Below are positions 26,196-36,095 of a stretch of 64,000 bases of DNA, piece by piece (positions within the stretch are counted from its first letter, which is position 1; each line of letters opens with the position of its first letter). The position numbers were made by a program, and so were the translations under genes. This DNA comes from an uncultured Actinomycetota bacterium (GTDB lineage: Bacteria; Actinomycetota; Actinomycetes; Streptosporangiales; Streptosporangiaceae), in assembly GCA_963771985.1 (NCBI GenBank), contig CAVYVO010000032.1, positions 5,019 through 69,018 on the forward strand, written 5' to 3'. The notes under the pieces were generated by a model. That model saw nothing but the letters and a program-made list of their open reading frames with translations, ran no database searches and had not been told where the DNA came from.

Positions 26196-27635
26196 TTGCT
26201 TGAGTACCGCGATATCTACGCGGGAGGTCGCCTGGTAGGTTCAGCATCCCCTGACGTGATCACCATCGTCAATCCAGCCTCAGAAGAGGTCGTCGGCGCC
26301 GTCCCGGCGGCTGTCGGCGTAGACGTGGACAAGGCCGTGCGCTCGGCGCGGCGCGCCTTCGACGACGGCAAGTGGGCGACCTGCTCGCCCGCCGACCGCG
26401 CGGACGCGCTCGACCGGCTCGCCGCCGCGCTCGAGGCGCGGACCGAGGAGGCGGCGCGCCTCGTCACGGCCGAGATGGGGATGCCGATCACCGACTCGCG
26501 GCGGCACAACGCCGCGGCGCCGTGCGCGATCTTGCGCTACTACGCCGACCTGGCGCGGACGATGGACGTCGAGGAGACCCGGACCGCGGTGAGCTTCCCG
26601 GGGCGGACCGTGGTCCGCCGCGAGCCCGCGGGCGTGGCCGCGGTGATCGCCAGCTGGAACTACCCCATCATGCTCGCGTTCAGCCAGCTCGCGCCGGCAC
26701 TGGCCGCCGGCTGCACGATCGTGCTGAAGCCGGCCGCGGCCACGTCGCTGTCCGCCTACATCCTGGCCGAGGCGTTCGAGGCGGCGGACTTCCCGCCGGG
26801 CGTGTTCAACCTCGTCACCGGCACCCACCAGACGGCCGGCCTGCTGGCCAGGCATCCCGGCGTGGACTCGGTGGCGTTCTCCGGGCCCGCCAAGCAGGGC
26901 CGGTGGATCGCCTCGATCTGCGGCGCGGAACTGAAGCCGGCCAGCCTCGAGCTCGGCGGCCAGTCCGCCGCGATCGTCCTCGACGACGCCGACCTGGAGC
27001 AGACCGCCGCCTCCCTCGGCCTGCTGGTCTTCGGCAACTGCGGGCAGACGTGCTTCGCCATGTCACGCGTGCTGGTCCCCGACCAGCGGTACGAGGAGGC
27101 GATCGACGCCCTGACCGCACGGGCGGCGTCGCTGGTCATCGGCGACCCGCTCGCGGAGTCGACCGCGATGGGGCCGCTCGCGTCCTCGCGGCGCCGCGCC
27201 GACGTGGAGGCACGGGTCCGCGAAGGCGTCTCGTCCGGCGCCCGGGTGGCGGCCGGCGGACGGCGGCCGGCGTCCCCGGTGCGCGGGTACTTCTACGAGC
27301 CCACCGTCCTCGCCGACGTGACCACGGCGATGTCGATCGCGCAGGAGGAGATCTGCGGCCCGGTCGCGACCGTCATCAGGTACCAGGACGAGGCCGAGGC
27401 GGTGGCGTTCGCCAACGAGGGGTTCGGGCTGGCCGCGTCCGTGTGGACCGGGGACCCGCAGCGCGGGCTCGATATCGCCAGGCAGGCGCGGGTCGGCACG
27501 TTCGGCATCAACCTGTACGAGCCGGACATCGGGGCGCCGTGGGGCGGCCGCGGCGCCAGCGGCCAGGGCTCCGCCTACGGCCCCGAGGGCATGGACGCCT
27601 ACCTGACCACGAAGTCGGTCTTCCTGCCCGCGTGA
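26196..27635 (+). CDS. Aldehyde dehydrogenase
   Basis: WNYP, LKPA, LELGG (catalytic Glu), GQTC (catalytic Cys), EEICGPV; TTG start after a GGAAGGGG RBS. Confidence 0.92.
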   Translation: MLEYRDIYAGGRLVGSASPDVITIVNPASEEVVGAVPAAVGVDVDKAVRSARRAFDDGKWATCSPADRADALDRLAAALEARTEEAARLVTAEMGMPITDSRRHNAAAPCAILRYYADLARTMDVEETRTAVSFPGRTVVRREPAGVAAVIASWNYPIMLAFSQLAPALAAGCTIVLKPAAATSLSAYILAEAFEAADFPPGVFNLVTGTHQTAGLLARHPGVDSVAFSGPAKQGRWIASICGAELKPASLELGGQSAAIVLDDADLEQTAASLGLLVFGNCGQTCFAMSRVLVPDQRYEEAIDALTARAASLVIGDPLAESTAMGPLASSRRRADVEARVREGVSSGARVAAGGRRPASPVRGYFYEPTVLADVTTAMSIAQEEICGPVATVIRYQDEAEAVAFANEGFGLAASVWTGDPQRGLDIARQARVGTFGINLYEPDIGAPWGGRGASGQGSAYGPEGMDAYLTTKSVFLPA

Positions 27636-27685
27636 CAGAGGCTCAGCAAGCCTGACGCTCACCCGCAGAATCGTTAGCATGAATA

Positions 27686-27707
27686 ATAGTTGCCATAGAG
27701 CAACTAT
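27686..27707. promoter_or_regulatory. Palindromic operator (MarR-like) upstream of the MFS gene
   Basis: ATAGTTGC-CATAGA-GCAACTAT, 8-bp perfect arms, 18 bp before the start codon. Confidence 0.65.
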
Positions 27708-27725
27708 CGGCTATGCTGGATAAAC

Positions 27726-29483
27726 GTGGCTACGACGGCGAGTGAACAGGCAGCGGGTAACCGGAGCGTAACCGGCGGGCGGGGCCGGGCCTATAAGTGG
27801 ATCGCCCTCTCCAACACGACGCTGGCGATGACGATGGCGACCATCGACGCCACGATCGTCATCATCGCGATGCCGGCGATCTTCCGCGGCATCAACCTGA
27901 ACCCCCTTACCCCCGGCAACGTCACCTACCTGCTGTGGATGATCATGGGGTACCTGCTCGTGCAGTCGGTGCTCGTGGTCACGCTGGGCAGGCTCGGCGA
28001 CATCTTCGGCCGGGTCAAGATCTACAACCTCGGCTTCATCGTCTTCACCCTCGCCAGCGTCGCGCTGTCGCTCGACCCCATGCAGGGCCAAAGCGGCGCG
28101 CTGTGGCTGATCGGCTTCCGGTGCGTCCAGGCGTTCGGCGGCGCGATGCTGATGGCCAACTCGGCGGCGATCCTCACCGACGCGTTCCCGCCCGGCCAGC
28201 GCGGCATGGCGCTCGGCGTCAACCAGATCGCCGGCATCTCCGGCCAGTTCGTCGGCCTGCTGCTCGGCGGCCTGCTCGCCGCCTGGGACTGGCGGGCGGT
28301 CTTCTGGATCAACGTGCCGTTCGGCGTGTTCGGCACGATCTGGGCCTACAAGAGCCTCAGGGAGATCGCCGCCACCCGCAAGGCGCGCATCGACTGGGCG
28401 GGCAACGTCACCTTCGCGGCCGGTGCAGGCCTGCTGCTCATAGCGATCACCTTCGGCATCCGCCCCTACGGCACGTCGGCCACCGGCTGGGGGAACCCGG
28501 AGGTAATCGGCGGGCTGGCCGGCGGCGCGGCGCTGCTCGCGCTGTTCTGCCTGATCGAGCGCGTGGTCGCCGATCCCATGTTCCGGCTGAGCCTGTTCCG
28601 CATCCGGGCGTTCGCGTCCGGCAACATCGCCAGCCTGCTCGGCGCGATCGCGCGCGGCGGCCTGCAGTTCATGCTGGTCATCTGGCTGGCCGGCATCTGG
28701 CTGCCGCTGCACGGCTACGACTTCACCGTCACCCCGCTGTGGGCGGGCATCTACATGCTGCCGCTGACCGCCGGGTTCCTCATCGCCGGCCCGCTGTCCG
28801 GCACGCTGTCGGACAAGTACGGCTCCCGCCCGTTCGCCACGGCCGGCCTGCTGGTCGCGGCCGCCTGCTTCATGGGCCTGATGCTGCTGCCGATCGACTT
28901 CCCCTACTGGATCTTCGCGCTGCTCATCTTCGGCAACGGGGTCGGCTCCGGCCTGTTCGCCTCGCCGAACACCTCGGCGATCATGTCCAGCGTCCCCGCC
29001 CACCACCGCGGCGCGGCCTCGGGCATGCGCTCGACCTTCCAGAACTCGGGCATGTCGCTGTCGATCGGCATCTTCTTCTCGCTGCTGATCGCGGGCCTGG
29101 CGAGCACCCTGCCGCACACGCTCACCAGCGGCCTGACCGGCCAGGGCGTGCCGCTCGCGACTGCTTCCCGCATCGCGCACCTGCCGCCGGTGTCCACCGT
29201 GTTCGCGGCCATGCTCGGCTACAACCCGGTGCAGAACCTGCTGGCGCCGACCGGCCTGCTGCACACCCTGCCCGCGCACAACGTCGCCGTGCTGACCGGG
29301 CGGCAGTTCTTCCCGAACCTGATCTCCGGGCCGTTCCACCACGGGCTGATGATCGTCTTCACCGCGGCGGCCGTCATGTCCGTCGCCGGGGCGACCGTCT
29401 CCTGGCTCCGGGGAAAGCCGGTTTCCGCTGCTGAGGATGCCGCGTACGTTCCGGCTAATGCCGAAACAGCGCCCGCTGAGTAG
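27726..29483 (+). CDS. MFS transporter (DHA2-type, 14 TM)
   Basis: GRLGDIFGRVK motif A; multiple TM helices; PNTSAIMSSVP..RGAASGM. Confidence 0.92.
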   Translation: MATTASEQAAGNRSVTGGRGRAYKWIALSNTTLAMTMATIDATIVIIAMPAIFRGINLNPLTPGNVTYLLWMIMGYLLVQSVLVVTLGRLGDIFGRVKIYNLGFIVFTLASVALSLDPMQGQSGALWLIGFRCVQAFGGAMLMANSAAILTDAFPPGQRGMALGVNQIAGISGQFVGLLLGGLLAAWDWRAVFWINVPFGVFGTIWAYKSLREIAATRKARIDWAGNVTFAAGAGLLLIAITFGIRPYGTSATGWGNPEVIGGLAGGAALLALFCLIERVVADPMFRLSLFRIRAFASGNIASLLGAIARGGLQFMLVIWLAGIWLPLHGYDFTVTPLWAGIYMLPLTAGFLIAGPLSGTLSDKYGSRPFATAGLLVAAACFMGLMLLPIDFPYWIFALLIFGNGVGSGLFASPNTSAIMSSVPAHHRGAASGMRSTFQNSGMSLSIGIFFSLLIAGLASTLPHTLTSGLTGQGVPLATASRIAHLPPVSTVFAAMLGYNPVQNLLAPTGLLHTLPAHNVAVLTGRQFFPNLISGPFHHGLMIVFTAAAVMSVAGATVSWLRGKPVSAAEDAAYVPANAETAPAE

Positions 29484-29493
29484 AATCGCTGTC

Positions 29494-29712
29494 GTGCCCC
29501 GTTATGAATACCGCTGCCGTGCGTGCGGCGACACGTTCGAGCTGACCCGGCCGATGAGCGAATCGTCGGCGCCGTGCGCCTGCCCGCAGGGGCATGACGA
29601 CACGGTCAAGCTGCTGTCGACGGTGGCCGTCGGCGGGCGGAGCGGCCGCGGTCCGGCGCCGGCGGGCGGTGGCGGGGGCTGCTGCGGCGGCGCATGCGGC
29701 TGCGGCGGCTGA
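29494..29712 (+). CDS. FmdB-family zinc-ribbon protein
   Basis: PRYEYRCRACGDTFE..CPQGH..KLLS, with a Gly-rich CCGGACGCG tail. Confidence 0.9.
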   Translation: MPRYEYRCRACGDTFELTRPMSESSAPCACPQGHDDTVKLLSTVAVGGRSGRGPAPAGGGGGCCGGACGCGG

Positions 29713-29754
29713 GTCTCTGTCTTTCAGTTATCCCGAACGGAAGCGCCTGACTCC

Positions 29755-31188
29755 CTAGGAGTCAGCGCCAGCTCGCGCGACGGTGGCCTTCGCCCAGTTC
29801 GTCGTCGAGACGACCCCGAGCACCAGAACCGCGTAGCCGCAGCCTGCCATGATCCACCAGCCCGCGTGCGCGGCGTGCAGGAAGCCCGCCTCCATGGAGC
29901 CGTGCAGCGACGCGGCGAGCACCGAGCCGACGATCGCCACCCCGAGCGACTGGCCGAGCTGGCGGCTCGAGGAGTTCATCCCCGAGGCGACACCCGCCTG
30001 GGCCTTGGGCACGCCCGACATGACGCCGTTGGAGATCGGCACGTTCACCATTCCGGCCCCGACGCCGAACAGGCCGTAGGTGATGATCAGGAACACCGGC
30101 CCCGACGAGTAGCTGAGCTGGGAGAGCGCTGCCGTTGAGAGGGTGAGCGCGGCGCCGGCGATGACGAACGGGACCCGCGGCCCGCCGCGGGCCAGGATGC
30201 GGCCCGAGATCGGCGAGGACAGCGCCATCATGATCGGCATCGGCAGGAGCGTGAGCCCGGCCTGGAGCGGGGAGTAGCCCCGCACGTCCTGCAGGTACAG
30301 CGTGGTCAGGAACAAGAACCCGGCGCTGGTGGCGATCGCGCAGATCGCGGTCAGGTTCGCGGCGCTGAACGGGACGCTGCGGAAGAACCGGAAGTCGATC
30401 AGCGGGTCCTGCCGCCTGGGCTCGTATTTGAGCAGCGCGGTGAGCGCCAGCAGGGACAGCAGGAAGAACCCGACGATCTTCGGCGACATCCAGCCGTAGC
30501 CCGGGCCCTGGATGATCGCGTAGGCCAGCGAGCCGAGCATGACGATGACCAGGACCTGCCCGACCGGGTCCGCCTTCCTGGCACGTTCCGCGCGGGAGTC
30601 CGGCACGAGCAGCGCGGTCAGCGAGATGGCGGCCAGGCCGACCGGGATGTTGGCCCAGAAGATCGATCGCCAGCTTCCCAGGCCAAGGAGGATGCCGCCG
30701 AGCACCGGCCCGCACGCCATCGACAGCCCGGACACCCCGTCCCACACGCCGATCGCCTTGGCGCGCTCGGCCGGCCTGCTGAACGTGTTGGTGATGATGC
30801 CGAGCGCGGACGGGGCCAGCATGGAGCCGCCGACCCCCTGCAGGATCCGGAACGTGATCAGCCAGGCCAGGCTCGGCGCCAGGCTGCACAGCCAGGATCC
30901 CAGCGTGAACAGCGACAGGCCGACCTGGAAGATCGTGCGGCGGCCGATCCGGTCGGCCGCCGCCCCGGAAAACAAGAGCAGGCTGGCCAGCACGATCGTG
31001 TACCCGGCGACCGTCCACTGCAGGCCGGACACCGCGGTGTGCAGCGACTTCCCGATGTCCGGCAGGCCAACGTTCACGATCGTGTTGTCCAGGCCGACCA
31101 TGAACAGCGCGCTACAGCAGACCGCCAGGACGATGGCGCGCCGGCTGCCGCCGATCGCGGCCGCGGGCACTTGAACCGTAGAGGCCAC
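29755..31188 (-). CDS. MFS transporter (DHA2-type)
   Basis: LDNTIVNVGLPDI, GAAADRIGRR, WRSIFWANIPVG, GVASGMNSSSRQLG. Confidence 0.92.
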   Translation of the reverse strand: MASTVQVPAAAIGGSRRAIVLAVCCSALFMVGLDNTIVNVGLPDIGKSLHTAVSGLQWTVAGYTIVLASLLLFSGAAADRIGRRTIFQVGLSLFTLGSWLCSLAPSLAWLITFRILQGVGGSMLAPSALGIITNTFSRPAERAKAIGVWDGVSGLSMACGPVLGGILLGLGSWRSIFWANIPVGLAAISLTALLVPDSRAERARKADPVGQVLVIVMLGSLAYAIIQGPGYGWMSPKIVGFFLLSLLALTALLKYEPRRQDPLIDFRFFRSVPFSAANLTAICAIATSAGFLFLTTLYLQDVRGYSPLQAGLTLLPMPIMMALSSPISGRILARGGPRVPFVIAGAALTLSTAALSQLSYSSGPVFLIITYGLFGVGAGMVNVPISNGVMSGVPKAQAGVASGMNSSSRQLGQSLGVAIVGSVLAASLHGSMEAGFLHAAHAGWWIMAGCGYAVLVLGVVSTTNWAKATVARAGADS

Positions 31189-31513
31189 TACGGTCGTTCT
31201 CTGGGTAGCGGGCGTTATCGGAGTAGCAGGGCTTGATGCTGCGTACGGTGACCCGTTGGCGACTTTCTGTAGCTGAACGTGAGCAGCCGATACCGATCGC
31301 ATGTTGCGCACCGTCCGGGGGGATCAGCGACTGTTATATACGGATATGACACTACATGGATGCGCCGCGTAGTCAATAGATTACGGATTTGTGCAGGGAT
31401 AATTCTCCGTACGCGTTCTGCCCGCACGGGGTGGTGTCACGGTCTACATTTGTGCAGGGTGCCGACTTACCGGCTGCGGGACATGTGATGTGCGTGATTA
31501 GCGAGGTGGCGAC

Positions 31514-32030
31514 GTGCCCGAGGGGGGATACGCGAGCCGCAGGCTATTGCAGCTTGTGATGCCTGTCTTCCCGGACCGTCGCATGTTCCGCATCCACGAC
31601 CCCGAGGTCCACCCGGACGCGCCGGGCGGTCCGCTGCCGCCAATCGGCGTGCTGATGTCCGCCAACCGTGAGCAGCTGTGGGTGGGCAGCCTCCAGCAAG
31701 ACGTCGACGTCCGCCTCGTCCTCGAGGAATGGGACGGCCAGCCGCTGCTGCCCGACGCGTGGGACGAGGAGGGCAAGGCCCGGCTCTACCTGCGCGGGCA
31801 GCTGTCCATCGACATGGGCTCGGCGGGCACCGCCGTCTCCCGGCTGCGCCTGTCCGGCGGCGTCGGCAACTACGAGGTGCGCGTGTACGCGCGCTATCGC
31901 GAGGCGGTCGTGCAGATGTACGCCGAGCTGTTCACGCAGCACAAGGACCCGCTGAGCGACGAGTTCCAGCGCGAGAAGCGCAAGCTGGAGGGCGTGGAGC
32001 GCTACCTGGTCCAGCTCTGGCGCGACTCGT
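31514..32030 (+). CDS. Hypothetical protein (3' end uncertain)
   Basis: High-GC3 codon usage up to ERYLVQLWRDS; beyond that the ORF only shadows the opposite-strand gene. Confidence 0.55.
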
Positions 32031-32040
32031 TACGAGCTGC

Positions 32041-32529
32041 TTACCTGCTGGCTCGCGATAACGAGCTGTGGGCCGCCTTGGCCGCGGCGGTCTTGTCCGC
32101 CGCCTTGCCGACCGTGGTCTTCGACGCCGTCGTCGTCTTGGCCGACGTGCTCTTCGCGGGCGTACTGGCCTTGGCGGGCGCGCTGGTCTTCGGGGCGGTG
32201 CTCGTCTTCGGGGCGGTGCTCGCGGCGCCGGCGGGCGGCTCCAGCCTCGCCGGCGCGCTGACCGACGCGCGGTTGGACGCCTGCGGAGTAAGTGCCGGCT
32301 TACCACTATGCGCACGGAAGGGGACCATGGCGTACACCATCAGCGATACGACGGCCAGCAGGGCGACCGTGAACAACGATCCGACGATCCTGCCCCGGGT
32401 GGTCCGGAGCTTGACGGCCGGTCCGGGCCGCCGGAACGAGGACAGCCTGGCCGCCAGGCCAGGGTCCTCCGCGGCAAGCCGCCGCTCTATTTCAGCGAGC
32501 ATGCGCTGCTCGTCCATTGACAGCGCCAT
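32041..32529 (-). CDS. DUF3040-domain protein with a Lys/Ala/Thr-rich tail
   Basis: MALSMDEQRMLAEIERRLAAEDPGLAARL, one TM helix, and a GGAGG RBS. Confidence 0.85.
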   Translation of the reverse strand: MALSMDEQRMLAEIERRLAAEDPGLAARLSSFRRPGPAVKLRTTRGRIVGSLFTVALLAVVSLMVYAMVPFRAHSGKPALTPQASNRASVSAPARLEPPAGAASTAPKTSTAPKTSAPAKASTPAKSTSAKTTTASKTTVGKAADKTAAAKAAHSSLSRASR

Positions 32530-32757
32530 AGCGCCTTACCTCCGCGTTCCGCGCGCTGGTGGGAACTCTCTAACTATCCCCCACGGAGGGAGGTTTATCC
32601 AATCGTTCTGACTTCGTTCCTCACTCTTTTTGCGAGCCGTAAGCACTGGCTACGCATCGTGTTCTTATTGCTGGCTTAGAGTAACTAACATCGCGCCGAC
32701 GGCCCCTCGCCGAACAGGTGTTTGCCATGCTCGAATAGCCGTTCTAAGCTGGGGATC

Positions 32758-34848
32758 ATGCGCTGGGACAACCTGCGACTCGACTCTGGCGGCGACCCGG
32801 GCCCCGGTCAGGTCCCGATGTTCGAACGCGGTGCCGTCGTCCGCACGTTCGATACGCCGGGCTTCCGCGGCATGACGTTCTACGAGATCCAGGCCAAGTC
32901 CATCGTCAGCCGCGTCCCCGAGACCTCCAAGGTCCCCTTCCGCTGGACCATCAACCCCTACCGGGGATGCCAGCATTCGTGTGTCTACTGTGCATGGAGT
33001 GAAACGCCTGTACTCATGGGAGATGGGAGCACTAGGCGGATCGCCGACGTGCGTGTGGGCGACAAGATCTACGGCACGGTGCGCGACGGGTACTACCGTC
33101 GCTACTCGATTACCGAAGTGCTGGCGCACTGGTCGACGGTCAAGCCCGCCTACCGCATCATGCTCGAGGATGGCACCCAGCTCGTGGCGAGCGGCGACCA
33201 CAGGTTCCTGACCGAGCGCGGCTGGAAGCACGTCACGGGAGCCGAGCAGGGTCCGGAGCAGCGCCCGTTCCTCACCACAAACAACAAGCTCATGGGTTTC
33301 GGTGGCTTCGCTGAGCCGCCAAAGCACGACGCCGACTACCGCCGAGGCTATCTATGCGGCATGGTCCGCGGCGACGCCAACCTCAGGAGCGGCACCTACC
33401 AGAGCCGCCACGGGGCCAGTTACGAAAGCAACCAGTTCAGGCTCGCGCTGGCAGATCCGGAGGCGCTCACACGAACCCGCGACTACCTCGCGAGGGTAGG
33501 GATCGGCGTCAAGGACTTCATCTTCGCGGCCGCGACAGACCGGCGCAGGGAAATGGCCGCCATCCGTTGCTCCTCACCCGGGCGAGTGCGAGCCATCGAG
33601 TGGCTGATCGGCTGGCCACGCGAACCAGCGGAGGAATGGTACAAGGGCTTCCTCGCGGGAATCTTCGACGCGGAGGGCAGCTACAACGGCGCTTGGCGGA
33701 TGCCGAACATCGATCAAGAGATCATCGCGTGGACCACCAAGGCACTCGCCGCGCTTGGCTTCGACTATGTCCTCGAGCCGTCACGGCGACCGAACGGGCT
33801 CGTCGTTGTGCGAATGCGGGGCGGCCTTAAGGAGGTGATGCGGTTCTTTCACACCACCGATCCGGCGATCACGCGGAAGCGGTCTATCGAGGGCGTGGCG
33901 ATCAAGAGCGATGCCAAGCTCCGGGTGGCGTCAATCGAGCCCCTAGGCATCGAGCTGCCGATGTACGACATCACAACCGGCACCGGTGACTTCATCGCGA
34001 ACGGCGTGGTCAGCCATAACTGCTTCGCGCGGAACTCGCATACCTATCTGGACCTGGACGCCGGGCACGACTTCGACTCGAAGGTGGTCGTCAAGGTCAA
34101 CGCGCCTGAGCTGCTGCGCAGGAAGCTCGCCTCGCCGGGATGGCCGCGGGAGCACATCGCGATGGGCACCAACGTCGACTGCTACCAGCGGGCCGAAGGC
34201 AAGTACCAGCTCATGCGCGGGATCATCGCCGCGCTGCGGGACGCGGCCAACCCGTTCTCCATCCTGACCAAGGGCACGCTGATCCTGCGCGACCTGGACC
34301 TGCTCCTGCAGGCGGCCGAGGTGACCGACGTCGGGCTGAACGTGTCGGCCGCCTTCGTCGACCGTGACCTGTGGCGGGCCATCGAGCCCGGCACCCCGGC
34401 GCCGGAGCGGCGGCTCGAGGCCTGCGCGACCCTCAACGACAACGGCCTGCCCTGCGGGGTCCTCATGGGCCCGATCGTGCCGTATCTGTCCGACTCCCCC
34501 GCCCAGCTCGAGGCCGCCGTCCGGCAGATCGCCGCGGCGGGCGCGACGCACGTCTCCCCCATCGTGCTCCACCTGCGCCCGGGCACCCGCGAGTGGTTCC
34601 TCGGCTGGCTGCGCACCGCGCACCCGGAACTCACCGGCCGGTACGCGGGGCTGTACCGCCGGGGCGCCTACGCGCCCAGGGAATACCAGCAAGAGATCGC
34701 CCGCCAGGTCCGCGAGCTAGCCGAGCGCTACGGCGTGGGCCGCGGCACCCCGCGCCAGGCCCGGGCGCTCCGCGAACCGCCGGTGAACCCGGCTCCCGCG
34801 GCCAGCCCCGCCGCGCCCGCGCGGCCCGAGCAGCTCACGCTCCTCTAG
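32758..34848 (+). CDS. Intein-containing Rv2578c-family radical SAM protein
   Basis: MRWDNL..TINPYRGCQHSCVY/intein/CFARNSHTYLDLDAGHDFD..MGTNVDCYQRAEG..SILTKG; C-terminal QLTLL resembles a beta-clamp-binding motif. Confidence 0.95.
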   Translation: MRWDNLRLDSGGDPGPGQVPMFERGAVVRTFDTPGFRGMTFYEIQAKSIVSRVPETSKVPFRWTINPYRGCQHSCVYCAWSETPVLMGDGSTRRIADVRVGDKIYGTVRDGYYRRYSITEVLAHWSTVKPAYRIMLEDGTQLVASGDHRFLTERGWKHVTGAEQGPEQRPFLTTNNKLMGFGGFAEPPKHDADYRRGYLCGMVRGDANLRSGTYQSRHGASYESNQFRLALADPEALTRTRDYLARVGIGVKDFIFAAATDRRREMAAIRCSSPGRVRAIEWLIGWPREPAEEWYKGFLAGIFDAEGSYNGAWRMPNIDQEIIAWTTKALAALGFDYVLEPSRRPNGLVVVRMRGGLKEVMRFFHTTDPAITRKRSIEGVAIKSDAKLRVASIEPLGIELPMYDITTGTGDFIANGVVSHNCFARNSHTYLDLDAGHDFDSKVVVKVNAPELLRRKLASPGWPREHIAMGTNVDCYQRAEGKYQLMRGIIAALRDAANPFSILTKGTLILRDLDLLLQAAEVTDVGLNVSAAFVDRDLWRAIEPGTPAPERRLEACATLNDNGLPCGVLMGPIVPYLSDSPAQLEAAVRQIAAAGATHVSPIVLHLRPGTREWFLGWLRTAHPELTGRYAGLYRRGAYAPREYQQEIARQVRELAERYGVGRGTPRQARALREPPVNPAPAASPAAPARPEQLTLL
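32989..34020 (+). mobile_element. Intein (344 aa) with a LAGLIDADG homing endonuclease
   Basis: Block A CAWSETPVLMGDG, block B SGDHRFL, LAGLIDADG motifs YLCGMVRGDAN and FLAGIFDAEGS, blocks F/G MYDITTGTGDFIANGVVSHN|C. Confidence 0.95.
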
Positions 34849-34916
34849 CGCCCCTCTGGCGCCGTTTGGGGCCACGCCCGGCGCGGGCACTCGGCGCTGG
34901 CGCCGCGCTCGGCGCG

Positions 34917-34967
34917 GGTCGATTGCGTAATCGACCACACTAGAGCGGGTCGATTGCGTAATCGACC
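34917..34967. repeat. REP/BIME-like paired palindrome, copy 4
   Basis: GGTCGATTGCGTAATCGACC-ACACTAGAGCG-GGTCGATTGCGTAATCGACC. Confidence 0.8.
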
Positions 34968-35671
34968 CGCCGTGCGGCTCGGCAAGTCCAAGGGCTGGGG
35001 CCGCGAATAGGTTCATATAGATCAACATCGATCATAATTCAACAAATGGCCGGCCGGACCATATACGAAAGGCGTTAGACGGCCTTTAGCCGTTACCGCC
35101 GGGTAGTCATTTTTGCTTTCGCAGGTTTCTTGCCTAATCCGGTATGGCATGGACCAAGCCGCAAACGTTTGCCGTCATGGCATGCCGACGACCGCGTTGA
35201 ACCCTCTGGTTCCCGCCCCCCGGCGCGGCCGCATCGCCTAGGATGCATCAGAATTGTGCGGGCACCGCATTTACATGTCGATGTTCCGGACATTTCGGGC
35301 GGTAAAGCGGAGGCCAGAAGGCGATACCGGGGCACGCGCGGCACCGCCGGACGCGGCCCGCCGGCCAAGACCGGACGGACCGGACGGAGATGCGGGCGGC
35401 GGCGCGAGAAGGGCGGCGGAAGCGCCGGCCGGCCGCCAGGTCGTCCGGCAACACGGAAGATGACGGCCAGGGCTGGCCGGCAGTGCGGAATCCGTTCCCG
35501 GAGACCTGGTCAGGCGGCGGATTCCGCGCCCGGGTGCGGGCAAAGGCGAGGACGCTGATAAGAATGCGCGGTGAATAGCGTCCTGGCATGCGTGGCGCCT
35601 TAGATATAGGTGATGTCACGTTATCGCCGGATCGGTGGCTAGGCACCGCTGTGGCAGGTGAGTATTAGCCC

Positions 35672-36025
35672 ATGACGAATCCGACGGAACTCATCGGTGA
35701 GCCCGCCATTGAGTTTCCCTGCCCGCCGCTCGGCGCGGCGGAGCTTTCGGCCGCGGAGGCCGAGCGTATGGCCGGCATGTTCAAGGCGCTGGCCGATCCA
35801 GTGCGGCTCCGGCTCTTTTCCCGGGTCGCCGCGCACCACAGTGGCGAAGCATCTGTTTGCGATATACAGAACGTGGGTGTGTCGCAGCCCACGGTCAGCC
35901 ATCACCTGAAGAAGCTGAGGGAGGCAGGCCTGATCATCTCCGAGCGCCGCGGCACCTGGGTGTACTGCCGGGTCGCGCCGGGCGTACTGCCGGCGATGGC
36001 CCGGATGCTCGCGCCGGACGACTAG
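35672..36025 (+). CDS. ArsR/SmtB-family transcriptional regulator
   Basis: FKALADPVRLRL..EASVCDI..VSQPTVSHHLKKLREAGLI.SERRGTWVY. Confidence 0.92.
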   Translation: MTNPTELIGEPAIEFPCPPLGAAELSAAEAERMAGMFKALADPVRLRLFSRVAAHHSGEASVCDIQNVGVSQPTVSHHLKKLREAGLIISERRGTWVYCRVAPGVLPAMARMLAPDD

Positions 36026-36095
36026 ACGGCCAGGTACCTGGGCCTGGCCGGCCATGTGACTGGCCGACCATGCCTGACCATTACAATTGCCATTC

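Noticed and set aside
24573..27635. 1020-aa ORF suggesting a giant ALDH fusion
   Set aside because: The first ~540 codons are mostly the antisense shadow of the PucR gene; ALDH homology and an RBS begin at 26196.
31514..32611. 365-aa ORF with an apparent multi-TM C-terminus
   Set aside because: The hydrophobic tail is the antisense reading of the Lys/Thr/Ala-rich DUF3040 gene.
34917..34967. Possible mini-CRISPR (repeat-spacer-repeat)
   Set aside because: Only two 20-bp units, the 11-bp linker is nearly constant between loci, and there are no cas genes; this fits REP/BIME.
35161..35172. LacI-like palindrome GCAAACGTTTGC in the 34990-35640 intergenic region
   Set aside because: A single 12-bp dyad with no LacI or sugar genes nearby, so it cannot be supported as functional.
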